This document shows, piece after piece, positions 33,961-64,000 of a DNA stretch of 64,000 nucleotides. The translations under genes were made by a program, and so were the position numbers. The DNA is taken from the NCBI RefSeq assembly GCF_016433145.1, contig NC_058131.1, positions 610,622,645 through 610,686,644 on the forward strand, read 5' to 3'. Under the pieces are notes generated by a model. The model made no database searches, was not told the DNA's origin, and saw nothing but the letters and a program-made list of their open reading frames with translations. The stretch comes from Gracilinanus agilis (Eukaryota). The first letter of the stretch is position 1; the number at the start of each line of letters is the position of its first letter.

Positions 33961-34989
33961 AGGCTGCTGCACAAAGGTGGGATCTCCTGGGGTCTTGAAC
34001 TGATTGGGTCGGGGCTCAGGGCCCCGGGGAGGAACAAAGCTGATGCTGGGATTCTAAGCTGGTGAGTGGGTGACTTCCATTTTTTTATGTATTGAGTTTG
34101 AGGTGACATCCAAGCAGAAAAGGCCAGTAGGCAGCTCCTTTCCAATGCTAGAATAATTCTCTTTAAAAAGTTCCATTTTATGGAAACCTGGAGATACAGG
34201 CTTGAGATATTCACACCAATAAGTAAAGCCATGGGCCTGAATGAGTGACACTCAGGAGATCTTCTTTCAGTAGGGGAGCAGGGGACAGAAAGTTGATTTG
34301 ACTATTCCCGGGCCTAGGTTACAGCTCAGAAAGGCACATATTCTGTCCATATGATAGAAGGAGCCATTTGAAAGGATAGGCAGTATACATCTTTATCTTA
34401 TATTGCTTATAATGTTAGATGAGGCTGGAGGGAAGGGACATGGAGAGAACCATGAGGTAACATGCTCACAAGCCTTAGATCTGCCAGCCCTGTTGCACAG
34501 AAACAGACTTGGATTTTCTCAGCCCATCTCTTAACCTGCATATCTCCCTTCTGGCACCCCAAATCTTACAGTCTTTCCAGGTTCACAGTCACTGTTCCAA
34601 ACTATTAGCTGCTCTCTATACACCACATTTCATTTCCCACTACACCTCACAAGAGGTATGACTGGAAGGCATACCTTCCCCACTTGTACCTTGACCAGCA
34701 TCCTTCTGAGCACAGGCCACTGCCACAGCCCAAAGGCTGATCCCTGAAGTTAGCACTTTCTTTTGTGAGATTAAATTTATTAATTTGAGTGCTAGTCTCC
34801 AGACAAGACTAAAGTTCCTTCCTTCCATTGAGGGGGGCTGACATTTTAAAGGGGAGTTGTTTATGTGTGCCTATTTATGTGTAGATGCAGAATATATTTT
34901 TAGAAATGAAAATTAATTTTTTGGGAGGAAAAGCACTAGCAACTGTTAAATTTAAAATTGAATTCATTTTTCTATAAATGACTTTGGAT

Positions 34990-36640
34990 AAGGTCAACAT
35001 CACCCTTAAGTGAACTAGATTCATTACCTCTTTATCATCCAAGCACACTGCCTGGCACAAAGTGGGCACTTAATGCTTCCTGATTTGAAATGAGGTCAGA
35101 AAAGGCTTCCTGGCACTTGAGCTGAGTCATGAAGGAAACAAGGGATTCTAGGAGGTAGAGATGAAGAAGGGGCACAAGCCAGTTGTGATCAGTTGCAGGA
35201 CTAATGCAAAGGCAAAGAAATAGAAGATGGAGAGCCTTGTGTAAGAAAGACAAAAAAATTCTATTTTGCTAGTCCAGATTGTTGGAAAAATAAGTGGGGA
35301 CCAGATTTCCAAGAGCTTCAAATGACAATCTTTGGACTTGAGGGGTAATTGAGAGCCACTGGAGTTGAATGCTGATTTTTTAGGAGAACCAATTTGGTAG
35401 CTTTGTGGAGGATGGATTAGATTGGGGAGAAATTGGAGGCAGGGCAAATCAATGGGGGTTTTGATAACAAAGACCTGAACTAGGGTGGTAGCCATAAGAG
35501 CAAAGGATTATGGATAGAAGTTCTGATGGGGAAAAAAATTGACATAAAATGTGTGTGGCAGCTGATTATGCAGCATAAGAAAATAAGAATTTGAACATTT
35601 AATTCTACAAATATTTATTAAATGGTTTTATGTGCCCGGCACTGTGTTTAAATGACACTAATGTGGAGAACCTAGGTAGCTAGAAGGATGGTGGTGCCTT
35701 AGACAAAAATATAGGTATGGTAAGGATCAAATTTGTTTTTAAAAAAAGATAAATTCAGTTTTGAGCAAGCTGGGTTTGAGATGCCAAGAGGCAGTCGATA
35801 ATCTAGGAATAAAGAGCAGGAGAGACTAAGACTGAATATTATATAGATAGATCTGGAGTCATCTGCAGAAAGATATTTGAACTCAGGGGAGTTGAAGAGG
35901 TCACCAAGTAGTGAATGCAGAGGTCACAGAAGAGAATTTTGGAGTACATCCAGTTAGGCAGCATATGTATGACAAACTACCCAAGGAGACTTGAGTGGTC
36001 AGATATCTAGGAGGAGAACCAAGAGGGAAGAGTTACAAAAACGTAGAGAAGAGACTATCCAGATAATTGACAGCCAAATACTGCAAAAGCCATCAAGGAT
36101 GATTGAGAAAAGAAAATTATTTTGGAAATTAAGTAATCACTGCTAACTTTGGAAAGAGTGGTTTCAGTCTAGCAGTGAGGCTATACAGTGGGTTGCAGAG
36201 TGAGAGGAAGAACTGGCTAACTACAGGATCAAGATTGGAAAGGAAGCTGAAGTCAGAGTTGGGGTGATGGCTCAAGAAGACCTGAAAGACAGAGATTAGA
36301 AGTGATAATGAAGACGAACACATTTAGAATTAAAGCATGGAAGAAGATGATATCATAGGTTATGACTGGATAAAGGAATGCCAAAGCTAATGGTGGTGAG
36401 GTCAAGGGTATAATCCTGTGGGTGGCGGTGTTTTGGGGTAGATAGGTCATAGGAGATGAACTGGAAAGTTAGGGGTCATGTGAGAGCACCCACAAAGATG
36501 CCAATATCCTAGAATAATGGCTGTCAGTGTGAGGAAAGCCTATAAGTGAGGTATTGAGTTCATGAGAAAGGAAAGGGTGGTGGTGATAGACCTGAGGAGG
36601 GCAATAGGTGATGGTCATTGAGAACTGGATGTGGTGGTTT
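34990..36640 (-). mobile_element. L2 LINE fragments between SEC31B and NDUFB8
   Basis: GA-rich antisense L2 signatures. Confidence 0.72.
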
Positions 36641-36988
36641 GTTGATTTGTATTAAACGACCAGTTGAAGGCTTTGAGGAACATCCAGAAGAATATGTGAA
36701 ATGTGTGTACTAAAAGGCCTAGGCTCTTGTTATCTATTGTTTTCTCAGTGTCCTGCCAGGCACAAAGGGCCTGTGCTCACTAAATACTCATGAACTAAAT
36801 CACTCTGCCTCTGGGTCAAGCACATTGTTCAGTAAGAACAGGACCTGAACTCTAGGAAGAGCCCAGAAAGAGGAAGGAAATCCTCAGGCAGAGAGGCCCA
36901 TGCAAGACAAGGCTTGGTCCAGGAGCAATGAAATCCTATGTAAGAGAAATGAGGCACAGACAGCAAGCCATGGAGTCTCATTAGGTAT

Positions 36989-36994
36989 TTCATT
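36989..36994 (-). terminator. NDUFB8: Candidate non-canonical NDUFB8 poly(A) signal AATGAA
   Basis: About 70 nt after the stop, followed by a GU-rich tract; no AATAAA/ATTAAA on the minus strand until about 35600. Confidence 0.5.
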
Positions 36995-37062
36995 AAGGTT
37001 AAATCTTCATGATCCAGTAGGCTTGTGCAGAAGAAAGCAAGTGGTCCTGCAGGCTGGGTCCT

Positions 37063-44381
<7,319 letters not shown>

Positions 44382-45254
44382 CTTAACCTTCTGCTTGATT
44401 CGCCTGCGCAGGCGCAGGCTGATTCTACGGCGGCCGAACAGAGCCCAAAAGTATCGCGCGGAGAGGTGTCTGGGTTCACTAAAGGGGAGCGCCAATGGGC
44501 GGAGCTGGGAGTTATATTCCTCTCTCCTTGGTCCCTGAAGTCTGTGGTTCTTGGTGCTGGGGATATATGTTGAGAGACGTCATCAGTAAAGGGGTGACGC
44601 CAGCTGGAGACAAGCACGGTCCCGGGACAACTGCTGGCTCCTGTAGGCAGGGGACTTGTGGGGGAAAACGGGGCAGTGTGGAAGGTGACTGGCTAGGAGG
44701 AGGGAGCGATTAAAGGGCGTGAAGTGGGATGCCCCCAAGGTCTCGATGGGAACACGGCCCCAGGGCTTCCCTTCTGGCTGCTCCAGGGTCTCCACAACAG
44801 TGCTGCCTCTAAACTCCGAGGGCAATGATTGTCTCGGCTCCTCTCTCAGCCATCTCATCCCTTCTTCCTGCTTCTGTTTCCTCTGCAGGGAAGCGTCAGA
44901 GCTGTCTGTCCAATTCTGACTTCTTTCTCGAGCTGGATCAGAAACGCATTTCCAGTTGTCTTTTTCTCCTGGGGGTGCAAACTCAGAAGACAACTAAACC
45001 TGCACAAGAAAAAGCTCATCATACTCCTTTCTTCCCTTTCCTGCCTCTCTTTCAGGGGCACTTACATCTTCCCAGTTGCTCAGATTTGATACGTTGCAAT
45101 CAATTGCATATTCTGTTCCCTCACCCTTCATAGATTATCTCCTCATATTTGCGGTGAATCTTTCCCAACCATACTGTAAGTTCTTAAGAATAAGCCTGCC
45201 TCATCTATTGTTCCATCTCTTCCTAGTGTTGTGGGGTACAGGTTGGGCGTCAAA

Positions 45255-45811
45255 TGTTGTAGGTTGAAATGGTGAACCCTGGGTTCGGGAAGGATACCTT
45301 TTGCAAGAATGCAAGACTCCGAAATTTAGCTTAAAAGTAGAGAGATTTATTAGTAATGTAGAATTTTGGCCAGCAAAGACAGCATGAATGGAACAACCCT
45401 GGGGGGTTACTCCCAGAATGCTTCAGTTCAGGGGTTTTTATATTCTTTACAACAGTAAGGATGTGATGTTGTGCCATCCTGTGGACATGACTCTAGAGTG
45501 GTAAACACTCAGGCATTCCATGGGGTATTTGGTCATCTGATCAGGGTCTGCCTGAAGACCCTCATAGTTTAGGGAACAGATGGATGCCTGAGACACAACC
45601 TGATGGAATCAAGGTGTTAGCCTGGAAGTGCATCTCTCTATCCATCTCAACCTAAAGGACCATTCAAAGATGATAATAAAATCAGTCTTATAGGAGTTAT
45701 CAGATGTTCTTGGGTTAGGAGTCACAAGGACAGAAAGGAGCAAGGGAATTTCACTGTTTACAGTTTGCCTGGGTTAGGGGGTACAATGCCCATGCCATTA
45801 GGAGGCAGCAA
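45255..45811 (-). mobile_element. Solo LTR, intergenic family, copy 1
   Basis: TATA (plus TTTTATA about 45436-45442), AATAAA (plus TTTATT 45346-51); possible CAAA TSD; interrupts an L2 3' end. Confidence 0.78.
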
Positions 45812-46264
45812 GTGTGCTTAGCAAACATCTTTTATTGATTCCTTTTCCTAGCCGTTGCTGTGGCATACTGAAAGAGAAAATGACACCTCATTTTTACAAT
45901 GTCTAAGAGACCAAGGAGAAGCAGCATGGTATTGTCCAGTGGTGTCAAATAGAAACAGGGCCACTAACCCAATCCCTGCCTGCTGGCCACATATTGATTT
46001 ACAAAACAACATATTAACATTATCAATATTCTATTGTATTATTTTTTAGTTTGTTAAATAATTCCAATTTACCCTTTAATCTGGTTTAAGCCATCGTTGA
46101 GAGTGTTGCATCTGCAAGGAGGCTTGCCATATATGACAAATATGAAGATTCTTGGACTGAGCTCAGGTTCTGTTTCCTTATCCATATGTAACTAGTACTA
46201 AGTGGGGGGTATTTTGGTCAACTAGATGTCTAGAGTCTGGAAGATTTCTCTTCCTGAGTTAAAA

Positions 46265-48390
46265 TCTCTGAAATAAAAACCCTAGAAAATAAACCAAAAA
46301 GACAGTGGAACAATGAACAACTTTAGCAGAATTGTAGGAAATTAAACTCACATAAATCATTAACATTTTTATATATCAACAACAAAATCCTTCCAAAGAA
46401 CTGTTGGAGTTATTGTGGGGGGCTTGAGGTGAACCCCCAGGGTTCAGAGTACCTTTTGCAAGGATGCAAGACTCTGAAACTTAGCTTAAAAATAAAAAGA
46501 AAAATTTATTAATTTACAAGGTAATGTTAAATCTGGCCTGGAAGACTGCCTCCTAGGGGGAACAGCATGGATGGAAAGCTGTTCCCAAATGACATGTCAT
46601 ATGCACTGAGGCATGGGTAGGAGGGGTTGGTCATCTGACTGGGGTCTGCCTGAAGACACAGGGGGTGACCTTCAGAGTTTAAGGGACATGACAGGTAGAT
46701 GTCTTAGATACAACCCGATGGTATCAAAGCATAGCCTGGAGGTGTATCTCTCTGTCCATCTCTAATATAACTGATGATCTCAGGGTCTTATCTGAGTTAT
46801 CAGACGTTTTGGGTTAGAAGTCACAAGGATAGAACGGAGCAAAGGAATTTCCCTGCTTATAGTTTGCCTATAACACTTCTATGGTTTGGGGGGGGGGGTA
46901 CAATGCCCATGCCAGAGTCAGATGCAGATCATAGCAGATAATCTTTCACAATTTTCTATCACTGGTTTTATTTTGGTGTTTTGGTCCTATATGAGTATTT
47001 TCTTACAACAATGACCAATATAGAAGTATGTTTTACATGATAACACAAGTATAATACGGATCAAATTGCTTGCCTTTCTGAGAGGAAGGAGGGAAGAAAA
47101 GAAGACAATTTGGATCTTAAAATTTTGGGAAATGTATGTTGAAAATTATTATATATAATTGAGAAAATAAAATATATTTGAATTTGTAAAATTAACAACA
47201 AGACCCAGCAGGAAAAGATAGAGAAATTCTATTTAAAATAACTGTATACAGTATAAAATTAAACAAAATAAATAACCTGCCAAGATACACCCAGGAACTA
47301 TATGACTATAAATACTTTATACATATTGTAATACAATATGAATTGCAAAATACTTTTCAAACAAAGAGTTCAAAACAGAGCAATAATAAAAATGACAATT
47401 CTACCTAAAATAATTATTGAGTAATATCCCTGAAAAACTATCAAAGAATTATTTTATAGAGCTAGAAAAAAAATGACAATTCATCTAGAAGAACAAAAGG
47501 TGAAGAATATTGAAAGAATCGGTGAAAAAAAAATGCTCAGCAGTACTCGATATCAAACATAATAGTAGTCATCAAAACAATCTGGCACTAGCGGTATGGT
47601 GGATAAAGCAGTAGGCGTGGAGTCAGGAAGTCCTGAGTTCAAATCTAGCTTCAGACACTTACTATCTATATGACCCTGGGCTGGCCACTAAACCTAGCTT
47701 GCCTCTATTTCCTCATCTATAAAATGAGCTGGAAAAGGAAATGGTAGACCCCTCTAGTATCTTTGCTGAGAAAATCTCAAATGGAGTCAGGAAGAACTGG
47801 ACATAACTGAACAACAAGGAAATAGAGTGGTGGGTCAGTGAATAGATTAGGTATACAATATGTGGCAGTAAATGACCATAGTAATTTAGTGTTTGATAAA
47901 TCCAAAGATCTAACCTTTGGGGGACAAAAACTTGCTATTTGACAATAACTGTTGAGAAAACTGGAAAGCAGACTGACAGAAACTAGGCAGAGATCAGCAT
48001 TTCATACCATATGCCACAATAATGTCAAAATGGGTATATGATTTAGACCATAATATCATAAGCAAATCAAGGGAACATGGAAAAAACAACATGTCAGACC
48101 AATGAATAAGGTAAGATAGAAAGGATCTGGGGAAGTAAATAATTCTGATTCCATGCAATTAAAAAAGATTTTTCAGAAACAAATCCAATGCAGCCAAAAT
48201 CAGAAAGCAGAAAACTGGTGTTTGGGGGGGGGGAGAATTTTTTACAGCAAATTTCTCTGATAAAGGTCTCATCTCTCAAATATGTAGGGAACTAAGCCAA
48301 ATTTATAAACATAAGAACCGTTACCTAATTGACAAAATCAAAGGATATGAACAGGCAGTTTTCGGAAGGAGAAATCAAAGTTATAAATAG
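46265..48390 (+). mobile_element. Fragmented L1 ORF2 region, interrupted by an LTR, a second L1 3' end and a MIR
   Basis: Degenerate ORF2 motifs (ATGACAATTCTACCTAAA, TTTGATAAATCCAAAG, AACTGGAAAGCAG). Confidence 0.78.
46402..46950 (-). mobile_element. Solo LTR, intergenic family, copy 2 (boundaries approximate; within an L1 fragment)
   Basis: Colinear similarity to 45255-45811 and 51517-51995. Confidence 0.75.
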
Positions 48391-49639
48391 TCATACAAAG
48401 TAATTTGGTGGAGAGGGCTCCAGCAAGAGAGATAAGGAAAGGATTTATGTAGAATAATGATGTCAAACTCAAATACAAAAAGGGCCACAAAACTCATATA
48501 AAAGGATGATTGCTTTTAGAAAACCATCTATTAATATTATTTGTGATATATTGTATTTTTATTTATTTCGTCAAATATGTCCCAATTATATTTTAATCTG
48601 GTTCCCATTTTACTCAGGAGTATTTCAATAGTCTTTGACAGTGTCTTATGTATAAGATGATGCTTCAGCTGAATATTGAAGAGAGGGATTCTACAAGATG
48701 GAAGTGAGAAGGGAGTACATTATGGGCATGCGGGATAGCCAGGGGAAAGGCAGAGGGATGGAAATGTAATATCTTGAGTGAGGATCAGAGTAAGGTCAGT
48801 GTGGCTAGTCTGAAGGGCATAAGATGTGTACATTGAGCCTGGAAAAATAAATTAAGGCGAAGTTTTGAAAGGCTTTAAAAGTGAAACAGAGGACTTTATA
48901 TTTTATCCTAGAGGCAATGGGGAACCACTGTAATTTATTGAATAGGGGAGTGACATGCTAATCAGATAAATTAATTGGCAGCAATATATAGCATCTACTA
49001 GAGCAAGAAGAAACTTGAGGCCTAGAGAAAGAACACTTAGCAGGTCTTTGCAGTAATTTAGGAGAGAGGCACGCATTTCCTGTTCTCCTTTCTCTAATCA
49101 GTGCCTGTCTTTTCATAACCCAGCAATATGGGATTGCCCAAATAAATTCAGGAACAGTTGAATTTGGCTCATTTTTCATACTTTTCTGGGAGTATTCCAT
49201 TTTACCTGCAAGAAACAAGCTCTTAAATATTCCATTGTACATTTTATTATATAAACATCTGTGTGTGTGTCCTTTTATAGGACTTGTGATTTTATCAATA
49301 TAGAGAACTCCTTTTGAAAGAACTCAGACATGAACCTGCTTTGCCATTAGCCTTAGAGGGTTGCCTGGATCAACTAAGAACATCATGAGTGATCTGTAGG
49401 AGCCCATAGAGCCAGTATGTATCAGAAACAGAATTTGAACCCAATCCTTCCTGACTCTGAGGCCAGCTATCACATAAAGCCTTCAAAGTCTAAAAATGGG
49501 ACCCATCCCTAATCTTGAGGATTAGGCAAAGGAATGGAGTTTTTCCTCAGCCCCAAAAAAGGTCAATCTCTGACATAAAAGAATTTACATCAATAGGAGA
49601 AATCTACCCTCATTATACTTTCCTCCTTTCTTTATTTTG

Positions 49640-51250
49640 ACTCTTTAGTGAACCAGTTCAACTACACTGTTCTTTTCTCTCAAATTCCTTACTCCCTTGT
49701 CCTATCAAAGATCTTTCCTTGGCCTTGGATTATTCCCACCATCCGCTGAAATTGTTCCTATTCTTATGCTAATGAAGTTGGAGAAAATCTTGAAACAGTG
49801 CTGGCTGGATCTTCTATATGCTACTTTCCTCTTTCCAGGTTTTCCAGACACTACTCTCTCCTGGTTTTATTCTTGGCCATCTGGCTTCTTGTCAGTCTTG
49901 GGTGGATGGTCTTCCTTGAGGGTATCCCCTAAGGCAGTGATGGGCAGCCTTTTGAGTTTGGTGTGTCAAAATTCGCCAAAAAACTGAGCATAACTCGGGT
50001 GGTGTGTCACTTCAAGAAAAAAACCATAATTTCATGATATTTATAGTTTAAATAACAAAAATATATAATTGTAATATATAACTGTATTTAATAAACCAAA
50101 ATAGGTAAATTAATATATATAGAATTGTCATCTATAGTACACAGAGTGTCTACACTACACTACAGCTAATGTCTCATCCTCGGCATGTGGCCCCATACTT
50201 CTCTGTGTGTGGCCAAATGTAGCCACGTGTGTCAGTGCTGACACCAGTGTCATAAGTTTGCCATCACCACCCTAAGGCCTTATTCTGGGCCACCTTCTCC
50301 TTTTTTAAAAACTCTTTTACTTGGTGAATTTATCAGCTCCCAAGGATATAATTATCATCTCTATTCAGATGATTCTCAGATATTCTCAAATCTAGCCCTA
50401 ACCTCTCTTCAGATCTCTAGTTTTGCATCCCCAGCTGCCTATTAGACATCCTGAATTCAATATGAGCAAAACTGAATTCTTTTGGCTCAGACCCACCCCT
50501 TTTCTAAATGTCCCTATTTACTTTCAAGGATACCAACATCTTCCCAGCTACCCAGCATCACAATGCTGGTATCATCCTTGACCCTTTACTCTTATCCCCC
50601 GGATCCAATCAGTTGCCAAGACCTACCTATTTGATTCTACATTCTCTTCCACTTTGCTACAGATCCTTATTACCTCATACCAGAACTACTGCATGTTCGA
50701 ATAAAGATTCCCTACTCCAGACTATTCTCCACTCATCTGTCAAATCGATCTTTTTAAAATTAGGTCTGACCATGTCAGACCCCAACAAAACTCCTCATCA
50801 CCTCCAGGATCAAATACAAATCCTCTCACATTCAAAGCCCTTCAAAGCCCCTTCCTGCCTTCCCAGATCCTTACACCTTACTTCCACCCTCTTTGTCCTC
50901 TGGGATCCAAGGTTCACTGGCCTACTAGTTGTTCCTCACACAAGACACTTTATCATCTGTGCATTTTCATTGGTCATTCCCAATATCTGGAATGGTCTCC
51001 TTCATTTCTACCTTCAGAGTGTCTTTAGGAATCAGTTAAAATTTCATTTTCTGTCAGAATCCTTTCCTGGTACCACTTTAATGCTAGTGCCTTCCCTCTG
51101 AGACTATCTCCAGTTTATTCTGCATATATCTTGTATGTACACTGCTGTTTACATGTTGTCCCCGTCTAAGACTGTTTTTGCTTTTCTTTTTATCCCCAAT
51201 GCATAGCATATTGCCTGGCACATAGTAGGTGCTTAAAGAATACTTAAAAA
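49640..51250 (+). mobile_element. L2 LINE fragment (source of the 197-aa spurious ORF)
   Basis: L2 RT remnant and 3' end CCTGGCACATAGTAGGTGCTTAA. Confidence 0.8.
49935..50269. mobile_element. Non-autonomous hAT MITE (OposCharlie-type), 335 bp, inserted in L2
   Basis: TIRs CAGTGATGG... / ...GCCATCACCA; perfect 8-bp TSD CCCTAAGG. Confidence 0.92.
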
Positions 51251-51516
51251 TGACTTGGTAAATCTTAGTCAAATTGGGAACTTTGTTGAAAATAGCTCCC
51301 ATTGTTGAAATAAGGCTTAAGAGCTAAAAGCAGACTGTTGAGAAATGACACAGATAACTCCATTTTGTTCAATATTTGACTTTTGGCTAGTTAATGTCTC
51401 AGCATGTACTGCAGGGAAATAGAATGTCTCTCCTTCAATATCTCCCTTCCTCCTAAGTACTATACAAAAGAGGAACTCAATCGAAGTATTCACCTTTTTA
51501 TCTTACCTGATAGTAC

Positions 51517-51995
51517 TGTTATGGGGGTACAGATGGTGAACCCCTGGGTTAGGGAAGGATACCTGCCTCATGAATGAGAGGACTCTGAAACTTAGCTTAA
51601 AAGTAAAGAGAAGGATTTATTAGTAAGATAGGATTAGTGGCCAGCAAGACAGCATGAGAGGAGTTGCTCTCCAAGACAGGGCAGGGCAGCATGAGTGAAG
51701 CAACTATAGGAGTAGCTCCCTGAAAGCCTCAGTTCAGGGGTTTTTATATTCTTTACAACAGTGAGCATGTGAGGTTGATGTCATGGTGTGGACCTGACTT
51801 AGCATTCAGGCATTTGGTGGGGTGAGGGGTCTACCCCAGATCCTCAGGGCTTTTGCTATCGAGGTGTGGTCTGGAGGTGTATCTCATTGTCTATCTCAAC
51901 CTAAAGAATGATCCAAGGATCTTTGGCTTGGGAGTCACAAAGACAGAAAGGGGGAAGGGAATTTCCCTGTCTAATACAGCTCCCATGCCATCTCT
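51517..51995 (-). mobile_element. Solo LTR, intergenic family, copy 3
   Basis: Same family; 4-bp TSD GTAC (51513-16 / 51996-99). Confidence 0.82.
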
Positions 51996-52599
51996 GTACT
52001 AGGCCCATGTCAATACCACTTAGCAAGTACTTATTGACTGACAAATAAGGGTTCCGTTTTCTTTGGGCTAATGTAAATGGGCAGGTAGATGATGCAGTGC
52101 GTGGAGTGCTGGGCCAGGCCTGGAGTCAGGACCTGAGTTCAAATGCAGCTTACTGAACTAGAGAAGGAAATGGCAAATCACTCCAATATCTATCAAGAAA
52201 ACCTCGGATGGGCTCGACTCTCCTAGGTAACAATATAGCATCTTCTTTTGTTATGCTAAATGCCTGCTCCCAGCTCTTGGCAGCTCATCTCTCTTTCCAG
52301 CCTCCACTAGCTTTGGAGGGGAAGAACTCGGATTTGCCCTCTGCCGAATCACTGGACGCATGTTTCCAGGGGCTGCCGGTGAGGAGTGTGACTGTACGTA
52401 TGTGCACCCTGAATGTAGGAATAAACTGTGGTTTAACTCTGTCTCCTATACGGGTTTATATATTGGAGCAATAGCTAGACGTAACGCCGCAGTCTCAAGG
52501 TTCTCCCTTTGGAGTCTCGCCTCCCTCCAAACTAAGGTTCCCGTAAGGGGCCTTATACCCATTCGTCTCAACTCGAGCCTCTAAAACCCCGGATTCTTT

Positions 52600-63915
<11,316 letters not shown>

Positions 63916-64000
63916 TAAGGGTGATGGGAGGAGGTCAGACTATGGTGTACTTGTCCTAGGGCTTAGCTTCCCTGGTGAATGAAGGGTTTCCACTAGAGAA

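Noticed and set aside
44583-45133. Several 66-136 aa ORFs beside the NDUFB8 promoter
   Set aside because: GC-rich promoter-flank ORFs on both strands with no recognisable protein; no bidirectional coding gene supported.
50508-51101. Longest unexplained ORF (197 aa, plus strand)
   Set aside because: Lies entirely in a decayed L2; low-complexity L/S/P-rich translation; no splice or promoter support.

Overview
Marsupial genomic DNA, most likely an opossum (Monodelphis-type, judged from young SINE1_Mdo-like CORE-SINEs and OposCharlie-type hAT MITEs). The window is syntenic with the human SEC31B-NDUFB8-HIF1AN block. It contains: (1) complete SEC31B on the minus strand, with a probable non-coding exon 1 plus 25 coding exons, 3573 nt, 1190 aa; (2) complete NDUFB8 on the minus strand, 5 exons, 561 nt, 186 aa; (3) HIF1AN (FIH-1) exons 1-6 on the plus strand, head-to-head with NDUFB8 and running off the window end. 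All coding exon boundaries were checked by hand for GT-AG and phase. Introns and intergenic DNA are layered with L2, L1, RTE, MIR, SINE1, hAT MITEs and ERV LTRs. No prokaryotic-type system (CRISPR etc.) and no credible novel protein-coding gene was found. Best leads: a Trp-to-Cys change in the Sec23/Sar1 GAP-stimulating segment of SEC31B; inverted SINE dimers bracketing a stop-free, in-frame 558-nt exon block (circRNA/rolling-circle candidate); a nested ERV cluster filling about 92% of HIF1AN intron 5, with possible truncating and antisense outputs; twin perfect DR1 elements in SEC31B exon 1. Comparisons with human/yeast proteins, human annotation and repeat-family names are from memory and must be verified. 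Repeat boundaries without TSDs are approximate.
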